DNA of 64,000 nt, taken from contig JAITOU010000030.1 of the NCBI GenBank assembly GCA_031289755.1, positions 428-64,427 of the forward strand, written 5' to 3'. Positions within the stretch are counted from its first letter, which is position 1; each line of letters starts with the position of its first letter. Both the position numbers and the translations under genes were made by a program. Positions 47,969-57,364 of the stretch are shown piece after piece. The DNA is from Clostridiales bacterium (lineage in GTDB: Bacteria > Bacillota > Clostridia > Christensenellales > JAISNN01). The notes under the pieces were generated by a model. The model made no database searches. It saw nothing but the letters and a program-made list of their open reading frames with translations, and was not told the origin of the DNA.

Positions 47969-47988
47969 ATTAGCGAAACGGAGTGAAT

Positions 47989-48300
47989 ATGGACGCTCAA
48001 ATGAAAAAAGGTTTATTGGACGCGTGTGTGCTTGCCGTTTTGTCACGGGAAGAGTCTTACGGTTATAAGCTGATAGCCGACTTAAAGGATATAATCGAAA
48101 TATCCGAGTCAACCTTATACCCGATACTCAAAAGACTCGAAGCGAACGGCTGTCTGACGACCGTAAGCCGTGAATACTGTGGCAGAATGAGAAAGTATTA
48201 TGCGATAACCAAAGGCGGACGGCACAAATTAATCGATTACAAATTGGATTGGGTTCAGATGAAAGAGATATACGGCAAAATATTCGGTATAGGGGATTGA
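47989..48300 (+). CDS. PadR-family transcriptional regulator
   Basis: MDAQMKKGLLDACVLAVLSREESYGYKL...STLYPILKRLE. Confidence 0.85.
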   Translation: MDAQMKKGLLDACVLAVLSREESYGYKLIADLKDIIEISESTLYPILKRLEANGCLTTVSREYCGRMRKYYAITKGGRHKLIDYKLDWVQMKEIYGKIFGIGD

Positions 48301-48301
48301 T

Positions 48302-49105
48302 ATGAAAAAATCGAATATGAAAAAATCAAAATTTGAGAAAAAGCTTTTTAAACAGCTCGGTTCTCTGCCAAAAGCGGAGAAGATAAAAATAATAGAGTAT
48401 TACAACGAATTATATCTCGACCAAAAAGAACTCGGACGAAGCGACGATGAGATTATAGCCGAGTGGGGCAGTCCGTCCGATATAGCTTTAAAGGTCTTGA
48501 ATGAAGATGCGGAGATTAAGCTATCCGAAAACGCCTTAAAGGACGGAGCGGAGCTTATCCTTGCCGACGGGATTTCGGACGGCGGAGCGGATAGCAAGCC
48601 CGATACGGACGGAGCGGAAACGCCTTCCGCAAAAGCCGGCGACGGCGATAAACGGTACAAAGAAATATATGAACGGTTCAAAAAAAAATTAGGCATAGGC
48701 AGTGAAGGAGCGGAAAAAATGGCAAACGGCAATCAAGAAAAGCAACACGGCAATCAAGAAAAGCAACGCGGAAATATCCTAAAAAGCAAAGCCTTTTGGA
48801 TAATATATTTTGCGTTATTTTATGTTACTATTCCCCTGACAATCGCGCTTCTGGCAGTTGTAATCTGTATCGCAGCGGCAGTTTTGGCGGTGTTTATAGC
48901 GATTTTTGCAACGGACGCGGGATTGATATTCGGCGGAGCCGGCGGCATAGTCATCGGAATTATAACGATGTTTTTTAACTTTAACGACGGACTTTTGACG
49001 CTCGGCGCAAGTCTAATCGCATTAGGTGTCGGCTTGCTCGGTCTGCATATCTTCGGCGCAGTAGGACGGCTTTTTAAAAAGAGAAAAATCGAAAAGAAAC
49101 AATAA
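48302..49105 (+). CDS. DUF1700-like membrane protein (PadR-associated sensor-type)
   Basis: The N-terminus FEKKLFKQLGSLPKAEKIKIIEYYNELY is typical of DUF1700. C-terminal TM helices are present. Confidence 0.7.
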   Translation: MKKSNMKKSKFEKKLFKQLGSLPKAEKIKIIEYYNELYLDQKELGRSDDEIIAEWGSPSDIALKVLNEDAEIKLSENALKDGAELILADGISDGGADSKPDTDGAETPSAKAGDGDKRYKEIYERFKKKLGIGSEGAEKMANGNQEKQHGNQEKQRGNILKSKAFWIIYFALFYVTIPLTIALLAVVICIAAAVLAVFIAIFATDAGLIFGGAGGIVIGIITMFFNFNDGLLTLGASLIALGVGLLGLHIFGAVGRLFKKRKIEKKQ

Positions 49106-49149
49106 TTTTATCTGTCGGAAAATATCATCATCAAGGAGGAAACAAATTT

Positions 49150-50088
49150 ATGGCAAATTCAAAAAAACGCTCGGGGGCGTTGCTAAAAACGTCATTGATA
49201 ATCATTTTGGTCGGTGCGGTCGTCTTTGGAGTGGGAGCGGCTTTGACCTCGTGTTCTTACAAAGAATCGGATTTTACCGCACAGCAGTTTACGGAAGCTA
49301 CTTCTCCGATAGACGCATTTTTAATCGACGTCACGACGAGAAATATCGATATCAAATACGCGGACGAATTTAAAGTCGATTATTACAATTACGGCAAAAG
49401 CACGGTCGCCGTATCTTTTGACGGCGGCAATTTGAGCGTCAAGGAAACGGTGGAAAAGTCACCTTTCTCTTGGTTTAATTGGGATTGGAATTGGCTCAAA
49501 AAAATCGATAATGAAAAAGCCACCGTATACATCTACTTGCCCGACGCGGTAGCAAACGGGAGCAAGATAGTCACCGTCACCGGTAATACGTCGATATCGG
49601 ACATCAACTTTGTTAAAGGCGCGGATATCGTAACTACTACGGGTAACGTCACATTCAAAAATGTCGCTGTCACCGAAACGCTTAATATCGAATCGACTAC
49701 GGGAAATATAACGCTCGACGGATTGACCGCGAAGACTCTCAAATCGGTGTCTACGACCGGAATTTTTTACGGCAAGAATATCACCGCCGATACCGTCGCT
49801 ATAAAAATAACGACAGGGAATATAAGCGCGGACACGCTAACCGCCGATACCGTAACTTTTGAAACGATGACCGGAAGAATATCCTTTGAAAAATTGACGG
49901 CACGGATAACCGAAGCCGAAACGACGACGGGAAGTATCAACGGCAAATTTACGGGAGCGCAAAGCGAATATGACATTACCGTATCTAAAAGCACCGGTTC
50001 GAGCAACGTATCAAATCAGACCGCCGGACAGGGCAAAAGTATAAGCGTAAAGGTGACTACCGGCAAAATCACTTTGAATTTCGCTTAA
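49150..50088 (+). CDS. DUF4097-like beta-strand repeat protein (putative adhesin fold)
   Basis: N-terminal TM helix, then reiterated (T)TTGNI(T/S) units. Confidence 0.75.
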   Translation: MANSKKRSGALLKTSLIIILVGAVVFGVGAALTSCSYKESDFTAQQFTEATSPIDAFLIDVTTRNIDIKYADEFKVDYYNYGKSTVAVSFDGGNLSVKETVEKSPFSWFNWDWNWLKKIDNEKATVYIYLPDAVANGSKIVTVTGNTSISDINFVKGADIVTTTGNVTFKNVAVTETLNIESTTGNITLDGLTAKTLKSVSTTGIFYGKNITADTVAIKITTGNISADTLTADTVTFETMTGRISFEKLTARITEAETTTGSINGKFTGAQSEYDITVSKSTGSSNVSNQTAGQGKSISVKVTTGKITLNFA

Positions 50089-50242
50089 AGTGCGCAAGCG
50101 AAGCGGCTTTAATTATAAAAAGTATTGAGATTTTCGGGCTTTGCTTTCCGTATTAAAAAAAACGGAAGCGAAGCCCTAAAATATTTATCAGATTTTGTAA
50201 ACATTTTTTTTGATTGACATAGAATAAAGAAAGCGGTTTTTT

Positions 50243-50836
50243 ATGGGTAAAATTATTGCGTATAAGACGACGGGATATTCCGAAAGGACTTCCGCCGTTA
50301 TAACAAATTACAAATGGACGGACAACGGTTACGCGCCTGCCGTCAAGATTTTTTTGTCCTACGACGACAAAAGCTTGAAGGTGCATTTTGAAGTAAGCGA
50401 ACGCAAGAGCGAGCCGAGATATCGCCTTGACGGATTACCCGTTTTTAAGGATAGTGCCGTAGAAGTCTTTTTAAAGCCCTTTAATGACGATGTTCGGTAT
50501 TTGAATTGCGAATTTAACTCGGTTTGCGCCGCCGTTTTGGGGTTTGGCGGCAAAAAAGAAAACAGAGAGTCCTTGATAGAAAGGTACAAAAAGGACTTGA
50601 ATGCGGCGGCGTTTTGCGACTCGGATAAGTGGAGTATTTTTTTTGAGATACCCTACCGTGTAATAGGGGAGATATACGGACGCGAATTTTTGCCGCACAA
50701 TGAAACCGTCACGGCAAACTTCTTTAAGTGCGGCGACGAGACGGAATATCCGCATTTCGGAATGCTCTTCGATGTGATAAGTCTTTATCCCGAATTTCAT
50801 TTACCGCAGTATTTCGGCAGATTGATTTTTGAGTGA
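50243..50836 (+). CDS. Carbohydrate-binding family 9-like (DOMON-like) protein
   Basis: FKDSAVEVFLKP...RYLNCEFN resembles CBM9-like domains. This is a weak call. Confidence 0.45.
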   Translation: MGKIIAYKTTGYSERTSAVITNYKWTDNGYAPAVKIFLSYDDKSLKVHFEVSERKSEPRYRLDGLPVFKDSAVEVFLKPFNDDVRYLNCEFNSVCAAVLGFGGKKENRESLIERYKKDLNAAAFCDSDKWSIFFEIPYRVIGEIYGREFLPHNETVTANFFKCGDETEYPHFGMLFDVISLYPEFHLPQYFGRLIFE

Positions 50837-50938
50837 CACGGCGTTTACCTGTGTCAAAAGTTTTTTGCAAACATTAAATTCGCTTATTTATTTGACAAGC
50901 GGCGTTTTTTGTATTATCATATATCCGTAAAACCGTGT

Positions 50939-51013
50939 GCGGAAATAGTTCAACGGTAGAGCGTTGCCTTCCCAAGGCAAAAGTTGCGGGTCCGAATCCC
51001 GTTTTCCGCTCCA
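50939..51013 (+). tRNA. tRNA-Gly (anticodon CCC)
   Basis: GCGGAAATAGTTCAACGGTAGAGC. Anticodon stem TTGCC/GGCAA with loop TTCCCAA, T-arm GGGTCCGAATCCC, and encoded CCA. TTGACA-17-TATCAT lies upstream. Confidence 0.9.
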
Positions 51014-51059
51014 TAATTTAAGTTTACCTTAATTCACAGTAATAATCGGGATATGGCAC

Positions 51060-51329
51060 ATGAAAAAATTCATATACATTTTAAAAATTTTGTCCGTTAT
51101 ATTATTAGGCTACTGCCTGATAAGTATTGCACTTTATTTTGTGCTTAACCATTTAGCGGCGATTGCAGACCCCGTCTGGGAAATAGGGCGAAAGAACGCG
51201 CTCACGGACTCGGCAAGATTTTTTCTTTATTCCTTTTTTGCTTCGCTTGCCCCCGCCGTTGCTTCTATAATTCTTCTTTTATCCAAAAACAAGCTTCTTG
51301 CAAAATCAAACGGGCAAAAAGCAAATTAG
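51060..51329 (+). CDS. Small membrane protein (89 aa, 2 TM helices)
   Basis: Hydrophobic ORF followed by a terminator at 51376-51405. Confidence 0.45.
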   Translation: MKKFIYILKILSVILLGYCLISIALYFVLNHLAAIADPVWEIGRKNALTDSARFFLYSFFASLAPAVASIILLLSKNKLLAKSNGQKAN

Positions 51330-51375
51330 TTAAAATCAAAAGCAGAGATAAAATCATTCATTTTAATAATATGCA

Positions 51376-51405
51376 AAAAACCGTCCGAAAGGGCGGTTTT
51401 TCTTT
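51376..51405 (+). terminator. Intrinsic terminator
   Basis: ACCGTCC-GAAA-GGGCGGT followed by TTTTCTTTG. Confidence 0.7.
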
Positions 51406-51452
51406 GTTATCGGCGATTCTTGAATAATATTCCATATTGCACTCCTGTTTTA

Positions 51453-51535
51453 GCGTTTAAACTAAACTGCACTTTATTTTAAACGAAAAATATTATCTGT
51501 ATATTTGCGTTTAAACTAAACTATGCTTTATTTTA
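51453..51535. repeat. Two 29-bp direct repeats spaced 54 bp apart
   Basis: GCGTTTAAACTAAACTGCACTTTATTTTA (51453-81) and GCGTTTAAACTAAACTATGCTTTATTTTA (51507-35). Confidence 0.85.
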
Positions 51536-51699
51536 CACGCAAATTGCCTGCCTGTCAAGTAAAATCGACAAATCCGGCGACCGATTTGCGATTTAAAGAA
51601 ATTCGGTAAAATAATCAAACAAGATACGATAGGGGCTTGTTTTATCTTCTGTTTTATGCTAATATTATAGGCGGATTATGTAAAAAAAGGAAGGTACAA

Positions 51700-52767
51700 A
51701 TGGATAAGCTGCAAGCAAAGCAAAAAATTATAAGCGAAAGAAATGTACTTATAGACAATATCAAGGGCTTGGTCGTCATTATATTTCTGTTTTCACAGGT
51801 TTTTATACAATCGGTAACGACGCATTTTCTCCCGAGATGGTTTCCGCATACGGGGCGTAACGGCGGCGGTATAGACTTTTTGAATTTTTCACTTATCGAC
51901 TTAGGTCCCGTCGCGTTTTTCTTTGTAATAGGCTTGGTCGTCTTCGGTTCTTTATCCAAAAAAATCGAGATGAACGGCAAAAGCGCATACAGACAATATT
52001 TTATCAGAAATTTGGCAATCGTCGGTTTGTTCGCTTTATTTACCTTTGTCTCGGACAAAATCGGCAACGTACATTATACATGGAATACGCTCATGAGCGT
52101 AGGTCTAACCGGCTTGCTGCTTCTGCCTTTTTTAAATTGGAAAATCAGAAACAATACCTGGCTAAGGCTGGCTTGCGCGCTCGTTATATTTGTAGTTTAT
52201 TACTTCTTTAACAAGGGCTTTATACCTATCTTTGACGATAAGGGCGCGTATGTAATCGGCTTTGTCAATAAGACGCCTTTTAATCTGCTGTACGCCGAAG
52301 AAGGCGGTATCTCGGCTTGCGTCGGATATCTCGGAGTGGTTTTGCTCGCTTCGGTTTTTAGCGATTTTATGCGCAAAGGCTTGCTCCACTATTCGATAGC
52401 GACGGTAGCGGCGATTGCTTTTGCCGTCGTCGTTCGCCTTGCCTGCGGAGTGGCTTTTTACCGTCGGTACAATATTACCTATATCGTGTCGGCTTTTGCC
52501 GCCGTAAACGCCTTCTACTTCGTATTTTTTGTCATCAACAAATTTTTGTTAAAGAACCGCCCGATACCCGTCTTGATTACGCTCGGACGCAATCTCATGC
52601 TCTTTATCATGCTGGCACTGATTTTGTCCGCGCCGTTCAATTTGTTTCGCGGTGCGGAATTTTTATCGACAATCAAAGGGCCGTTGATTATGTTTGTTTT
52701 GTATCTTGCGTTTTTTGTAATTTTGACCGTACCGCTCGCAAAACGCAAGGTGTTATTTAAGCTCTGA
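51700..52767 (+). CDS. Polytopic membrane protein (possibly acyltransferase/DUF5009-like)
   Basis: Start at MDKLQAKQ behind AAGGAAGG. About 10 TM helices. The N-terminal IDNIKGLVVIIF resembles the acyltransferase-3-like family. Confidence 0.55.
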   Translation: MDKLQAKQKIISERNVLIDNIKGLVVIIFLFSQVFIQSVTTHFLPRWFPHTGRNGGGIDFLNFSLIDLGPVAFFFVIGLVVFGSLSKKIEMNGKSAYRQYFIRNLAIVGLFALFTFVSDKIGNVHYTWNTLMSVGLTGLLLLPFLNWKIRNNTWLRLACALVIFVVYYFFNKGFIPIFDDKGAYVIGFVNKTPFNLLYAEEGGISACVGYLGVVLLASVFSDFMRKGLLHYSIATVAAIAFAVVVRLACGVAFYRRYNITYIVSAFAAVNAFYFVFFVINKFLLKNRPIPVLITLGRNLMLFIMLALILSAPFNLFRGAEFLSTIKGPLIMFVLYLAFFVILTVPLAKRKVLFKL

Positions 52768-52814
52768 AATTTCGGTAAAAAACGTATATAAAGGATGATT
52801 GGTACAATAAAAGA

Positions 52815-53525
52815 ATGCTAACCGACAACATTGACAAAATCCATACTACCGATATGGGCGTTATGCGAATAAAGCGAAACCTTTGTTTGACAACAGGCGA
52901 CGTTGTTTCGTGGTGCAAAAATGCGATAGCGAACGCCGATTTGACAGTCCGTCAAGGCAAAAATTGGTATGTATATACGGACGGCTTTGTCATAACCGTC
53001 AACGCAAGGAGCTTCACGGTCATTACGGCTCACAAAATCAAAGGCAATGTCCGCGTCATGACAGACAACGATTATGAGTGTTTAAAGGAGTTTTTGTATC
53101 AAGCGATTTTTATCCCGAAAGGAATTGAGCCGCCAAAAAGAGAGATAATATTTGAAAAAGAAATTTATATTTATATCGACGGCTTCGGCAAACAAGCGGG
53201 GGATTTGGGTGTAGTCGCCGAGCAAAACGGTCAAACCGTCGGGGCGGCTTGGACGCGGATTATTCCGGCTTACGGACATATAGACGACCGAACGCCGGAG
53301 CTTGCCATATCTCTTCTGCCGGAATTTCGGGGCTTAGGTATCGGCACAAGGCTTATGAAAAGGCTTTTTGATGTGCTGAAAGAAAACGGCTATAAGCAGA
53401 CCTCGCTGTCCGTGCAAAAAAATAATCCGGCAACGCGGTTTTATGAGCGGTTAGGCTATGAGCTTGTAACCGAGAGCCTTGACCGTGCAAACGGCGAGGA
53501 TTATTTGATGATAAAAAAGCTTTGA
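52815..53525 (+). CDS. DUF3781-GNAT fusion N-acetyltransferase
   Basis: The N-terminal IHTTDMGVMRIKRNL is DUF3781-like. The C-terminal GLGIGTRLMKRLF...RFYERLGYE is an acetyl-CoA-binding GNAT motif. Confidence 0.7.
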   Translation: MLTDNIDKIHTTDMGVMRIKRNLCLTTGDVVSWCKNAIANADLTVRQGKNWYVYTDGFVITVNARSFTVITAHKIKGNVRVMTDNDYECLKEFLYQAIFIPKGIEPPKREIIFEKEIYIYIDGFGKQAGDLGVVAEQNGQTVGAAWTRIIPAYGHIDDRTPELAISLLPEFRGLGIGTRLMKRLFDVLKENGYKQTSLSVQKNNPATRFYERLGYELVTESLDRANGEDYLMIKKL

Positions 53526-53707
53526 GAGAATAGCGAGTAAATTTTATAAAATTTTGAACGGGTCTTTTAATAGAAAAGATTTTTTACAAAAAATGTTATT
53601 TTTTATTTACAAAAGCCAAGCTTGTATAGTATAATTTAATATATAAAGCTTTTAATTTAATATATATAGATTTTATGTACCTTAACGTCGGATAGGAAAA
53701 ACGGTCT

Positions 53708-55336
53708 ATGAAATTTTTGCGCAGCCTGAAAGAAGTATTTTTGTCTTCGCTGCCGCTTTTGGCGGTCATGGTTGTCGTGTGCGTTTTTGTAGACCCGATG
53801 AGCGGTTCGGAGCTGTTAAAGATTTCTATCGGTTATATTATGGTCATCTTTGGGCAGACGCTCTTTCTTATCGGATTAGAATCGAGCATTATCCCGATAG
53901 GCAAGCTGGTCGGCGGTTCGCTTGTAAAATTAAAAAAGACCGTGCTGATAGTCCTTTTCGGCTTTGTTTTCGGCTTGTTGGCGACGGTCGCAGAGCCGGC
54001 TCTCGCCGTTCTCGGCGTACAGGTCAATTCGATAAACGGAGCTATCGACAAGACGTTATTTGTCTGGCTTCTCGGTATCGGCGTGGGCGTCGCGGTGGCG
54101 GCGGCAATGTACCGCGTCATCAAAAATATAAATATAAAGATTATTTTCGCGGCTTTTTATATCGTTACCTTTATAATAGTTTTCTTTACGCCGACACAGT
54201 TTAGGGCGTTGGCATTCGACGGAAGCGGAGCGACGACGGGCGACGTGTCCGTCCCCTTTATTCTCGCTCTCGGTCTCGGCGTTTCGGCGACGATGAGCAA
54301 GTCCAAAACCAACGACGAAAGCTTCGGTATTATCGGCATAGCGTCGGTCGGGCCGATAATCGCGCTGTTTATTTACGGTATGTTTTTGGGAAATGCAGAG
54401 CCTGTCAATCTTCATCTTTACGACGCGGGAGCGGGTGCGGTTTTTTCGGAGATATTTTTCGGGAATTTTAAAGACGTCGCGCTTGCCATAGTGCCTGTCT
54501 TTGCGATATTTTTTATCTTTCAGTTTGCCTTTATAAAGCTTCCCAAAAAGCATCTTTTGAGAATACTTCTCGCCGGAGTAGTCGTCTATATCGGCTTGCA
54601 CATATTCCTGACAGGCGTGGACTTCGGCTTTGCGCTTGCGGCAAAGAGAATAGGAGACGCCTTTACGGAGAACGCCGCGCACGGTTGGATGAAATGGCTG
54701 CTTTTGCCGGTAGGCTTTATACTCGGCTTTGCCATCACGCTAAGCGAGCCTGCGGTCACGGTTCTCGGCGAACAGGTGGAAGCCATTACAAACGGCTATA
54801 TCAAAAAAACCGTCATACGCCTGACGCTTGCCGTCGGCATAGGCTTCGCAGCTTTTTTGTCCTTGCTCAAAATACTTACCAATGCCGATATATTATTATT
54901 TTTACTGCCGCTGTATGCGATATCGCTGATTTTGATGATTTTTACGCCGAAGCTCTTTGTCGGGCTGGCGTTCGACTCCGGCGGCGTGACGGGCGGCGCG
55001 ATAACCTCCGCATTTTTAACTCCGCTGACGCTCGCTGTGACAAGCAACGCGCTGAACGATGCCGGAAGCGGCGATATATTGACCTCCGGCTTCGGGGTGA
55101 TAGCCTTTATCTCGGTAATGCCGCTCATAGCCGTGCAGCTGCTCGGCATAATATATGCCGCCAAGCTCAAAAAGGCTAAGGCACTCGAAGAACAAACGGA
55201 AATATTCGGGCATACCGTCGGCGAAAATACCGCCGCCGCGCCGCCCGTCCAAAACGGCGGTCTTGCGGCAGACGAAGGCATTGCAAAAGAAAGCACTCTC
55301 GCTGACGATTTGGATAAATTGGACGGCTTGTATTGA
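53708..55336 (+). CDS. DUF1538-family integral membrane protein
   Basis: Two homologous halves, each containing AFDGSGATTGDVSVPF or AFDSGGVTGGAITSAF. Followed by P-II-like genes, as is usual for this family. Confidence 0.75.
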   Translation: MKFLRSLKEVFLSSLPLLAVMVVVCVFVDPMSGSELLKISIGYIMVIFGQTLFLIGLESSIIPIGKLVGGSLVKLKKTVLIVLFGFVFGLLATVAEPALAVLGVQVNSINGAIDKTLFVWLLGIGVGVAVAAAMYRVIKNINIKIIFAAFYIVTFIIVFFTPTQFRALAFDGSGATTGDVSVPFILALGLGVSATMSKSKTNDESFGIIGIASVGPIIALFIYGMFLGNAEPVNLHLYDAGAGAVFSEIFFGNFKDVALAIVPVFAIFFIFQFAFIKLPKKHLLRILLAGVVVYIGLHIFLTGVDFGFALAAKRIGDAFTENAAHGWMKWLLLPVGFILGFAITLSEPAVTVLGEQVEAITNGYIKKTVIRLTLAVGIGFAAFLSLLKILTNADILLFLLPLYAISLILMIFTPKLFVGLAFDSGGVTGGAITSAFLTPLTLAVTSNALNDAGSGDILTSGFGVIAFISVMPLIAVQLLGIIYAAKLKKAKALEEQTEIFGHTVGENTAAAPPVQNGGLAADEGIAKESTLADDLDKLDGLY

Positions 55337-55378
55337 CAAACGGTTAAAAATATTTGTTCGGGCTTAAAAGGGGATAAC

Positions 55379-55684
55379 ATGAACGGCGAAATATCTTTTT
55401 TGTACGTCATAGGCGAAAGAAAACAAAAGGAAAATCTCATATCGGCATTGGCGGCAAACGGCGCGACGGTTTTTAGCGTCATTTACGGCAGGGGCTTTGT
55501 CAAAAGCAACGAGATTTTAAAGGCATTCGGTCTTGTCAGCGAAGAGGATAAGGTGGTTATTACTTGCCTTATCAAAAAAATCGATTGCGATAAGGCCTTT
55601 GCCGTGCTTAACGAAGACTTCAAATTTGACCGCCCGAATACCGGCATAGCCTTTACCGTTCCTGTGGAAAATTTGAAGTATTGA
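55379..55684 (+). CDS. P-II-like signal-transduction protein (101 aa)
   Basis: Size, beta-alpha-beta pattern, and position after the DUF1538 gene. Confidence 0.6.
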   Translation: MNGEISFLYVIGERKQKENLISALAANGATVFSVIYGRGFVKSNEILKAFGLVSEEDKVVITCLIKKIDCDKAFAVLNEDFKFDRPNTGIAFTVPVENLKY

Positions 55685-55758
55685 CGTACCGTTCTAACTA
55701 TTATAATCAAAAATTTTGAAAAGCCGTGTATATAAGCGCGGCAAAAAGACGGGTGATT

Positions 55759-56082
55759 ATGGAATCGGAAAACATAAAAGCATTATTTATTGTCGTAAAC
55801 GCCGGATTTAGCACCGAAGCGGTGGAAATAGCGCGTCAATGCGGCGCGAAAGGCGCGACGATTATCAACGCGAGAGGCACTGCCGGAGTTAATTATAAGC
55901 TCTCCGGCATAAATTACGAGCCGGAAAAGGAAATGATACTCAGCCTTGTTTCCGAAAGCGTAGCGGAAAAAATCATGAACGCCGTCCGCGACAAGACGGG
56001 GATATCCACTCCGGCTCACGGCATTTGTTTTAGTATGCCCGTCGAGAAGATGACCTTACTCAACAAAACGCCCGAAGAATAA
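55759..56082 (+). CDS. P-II-like signal-transduction protein (107 aa)
   Basis: Start at MESENIKALFIVVN...GAKGATIINARGTAG, which has a P-II-like T-loop region. Confidence 0.65.
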   Translation: MESENIKALFIVVNAGFSTEAVEIARQCGAKGATIINARGTAGVNYKLSGINYEPEKEMILSLVSESVAEKIMNAVRDKTGISTPAHGICFSMPVEKMTLLNKTPEE

Positions 56083-56175
56083 AACAATAACGCGGAATAA
56101 AAATCATAACGTAAACACCGCGACTTTTATGCGCGGTGTTTCCGTATATAATTTTGATTTACGGGGGAGCATAAG

Positions 56176-57102
56176 ATGACCTTGCAGCAGTTAAAATATT
56201 TTATAGAGATTGTCAATTGCGGTTCTATCAACGAAGCGGCAAAGCGGTTGTATATTTCACAGCCGAGCTTGTCCGCCGCCGTCAAGGGACTCGAAACGGA
56301 GATCGGTTCGGAGCTTTTTTTGCGTACCGCCAAGGGTATCGGCTTGACCGCCGACGGTACGGAGTTTTTGGGCTATGCACGTCAGGTCGCGGAGCAGGCG
56401 GAGCTTTTGGAGCAACGCTATTTGTCCAAGCAGCCGTCGCGCCGCCTTTGCTCGATTTCGACGCAGCACTATGCTTTTTCCGTCAACGCTTTTGTCAATA
56501 TGGTCAAAAAAAACGGAGCGGCGGAGTACGAATTTACCCTGCGCGAAACGCGTACCTACGAGATTTTGGAGGACGTAAAAAATCAAAGGAGCGAGATAGG
56601 CATTATCTATATGTCGTCCTTTAACAGCAAGGTACTCGGCAAGCTGCTCAAAGAAAACCGCTTGGATTTTCATCCGCTTTTTACCGCTAAGCCGCACGTC
56701 TTTGTCGGCTCCGGCAATCCCTTTGCCGCAAAGGCGTTTGTCACCTTAGAGGATTTGGAAGATTATCCGTGCCTGACCTTCGAGCAAGGGGAATACAATT
56801 CCTTTTATTTTTCGGAAGAGATACTCCCCACGGTATATCACAAAAAAAATATCCGCGTCAGCGACAGAGCGACCTTGTTTAATCTATTGATAGGCTTGAA
56901 CGGCTACACGATATCGACGGGTATAGTCAGCGCGGACTTAAACGGCGAAAACATCGTCGCCGTTCCGCTCAAAATAGACGACACTATTCAGGTCGGCTGG
57001 ATTTCGAGCAATGCCGCCGGTCTTAGCCAGATCGCAAAAGCCTATCTTGACGAGCTAAAAGCCGTCGTCAGGGAATACGGCGCGGAGTTAGATGAGATAT
57101 AG
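56176..57102 (+). CDS. LysR-family transcriptional regulator
   Basis: MTLQQLKYFIEIVNCGSINEAAKRLYISQPSLSAAVKGLE HTH, followed by a substrate-binding domain. Confidence 0.9.
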   Translation: MTLQQLKYFIEIVNCGSINEAAKRLYISQPSLSAAVKGLETEIGSELFLRTAKGIGLTADGTEFLGYARQVAEQAELLEQRYLSKQPSRRLCSISTQHYAFSVNAFVNMVKKNGAAEYEFTLRETRTYEILEDVKNQRSEIGIIYMSSFNSKVLGKLLKENRLDFHPLFTAKPHVFVGSGNPFAAKAFVTLEDLEDYPCLTFEQGEYNSFYFSEEILPTVYHKKNIRVSDRATLFNLLIGLNGYTISTGIVSADLNGENIVAVPLKIDDTIQVGWISSNAAGLSQIAKAYLDELKAVVREYGAELDEI

Positions 57103-57170
57103 TCAAATCCTATAACTTCACATAAATTCTTAGTGTTACCCTATATCGTTTTTTTTGTAGTATAATAGAC

Positions 57171-57326
57171 TTATTGCAAAACTAAATTTGTATAGATAAG
57201 GTATAGATTTTTGTGTCCGCCGGACTTTGCAAAACAGGCGCATAGCCAACGCTATGTAACTGTTTTGCAAAGCGCGGGAGACGCAAGAAGATATGCCTTA
57301 GATATGCGAAGTTAGTTTTGCAATAA
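57171..57326 (+). ncRNA. 156-nt rod-like imperfect hairpin at the 5' end of the MetE-like transcript (function unknown)
   Basis: A perfect 15-bp closing helix TTATTGCAAAACTAA/TTAGTTTTGCAATAA. A perfect 13-bp helix CTTTGCAAAACAG/CTGTTTTGCAAAG. An apical CATAGC-CAAC-GCTATG hairpin. The intervening pairs include at least 5 G-U wobbles that are valid only on the + strand. TATAAT at 57161-66 lies just upstream. Confidence 0.5.
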
Positions 57327-57364
57327 GTCTGATATATTCACAGTAAAAACAAAGAGGTAACAAT

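Noticed and set aside
50135-50386. 77-aa minus-strand ORF and a long hairpin after the DUF4097 gene.
   Set aside because: The ORF overlaps the start of the CBM9-like gene and lacks signals. The hairpin (GGGCTTTGCTTTCCGT / ACGGAAGCGAAGCCC) is most simply a transcription stop or stabiliser and is not followed by a clear T-run.
54796-55482. 228-aa minus-strand ORF, together with several + strand out-of-frame ORFs within 53.8-55.4 kb.
   Set aside because: All lie inside the DUF1538 membrane protein gene. Their products are Arg-rich or low-complexity.
57171-57326. The region upstream of the MetE-like gene considered as a SAM riboswitch, a T-box or a cobalamin riboswitch.
   Set aside because: I could not find the SAM-I core, a T-box sequence (AATTAGGGTGGTACCGCG-like) or a B12 box. 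The region is instead one long, nearly symmetric hairpin.
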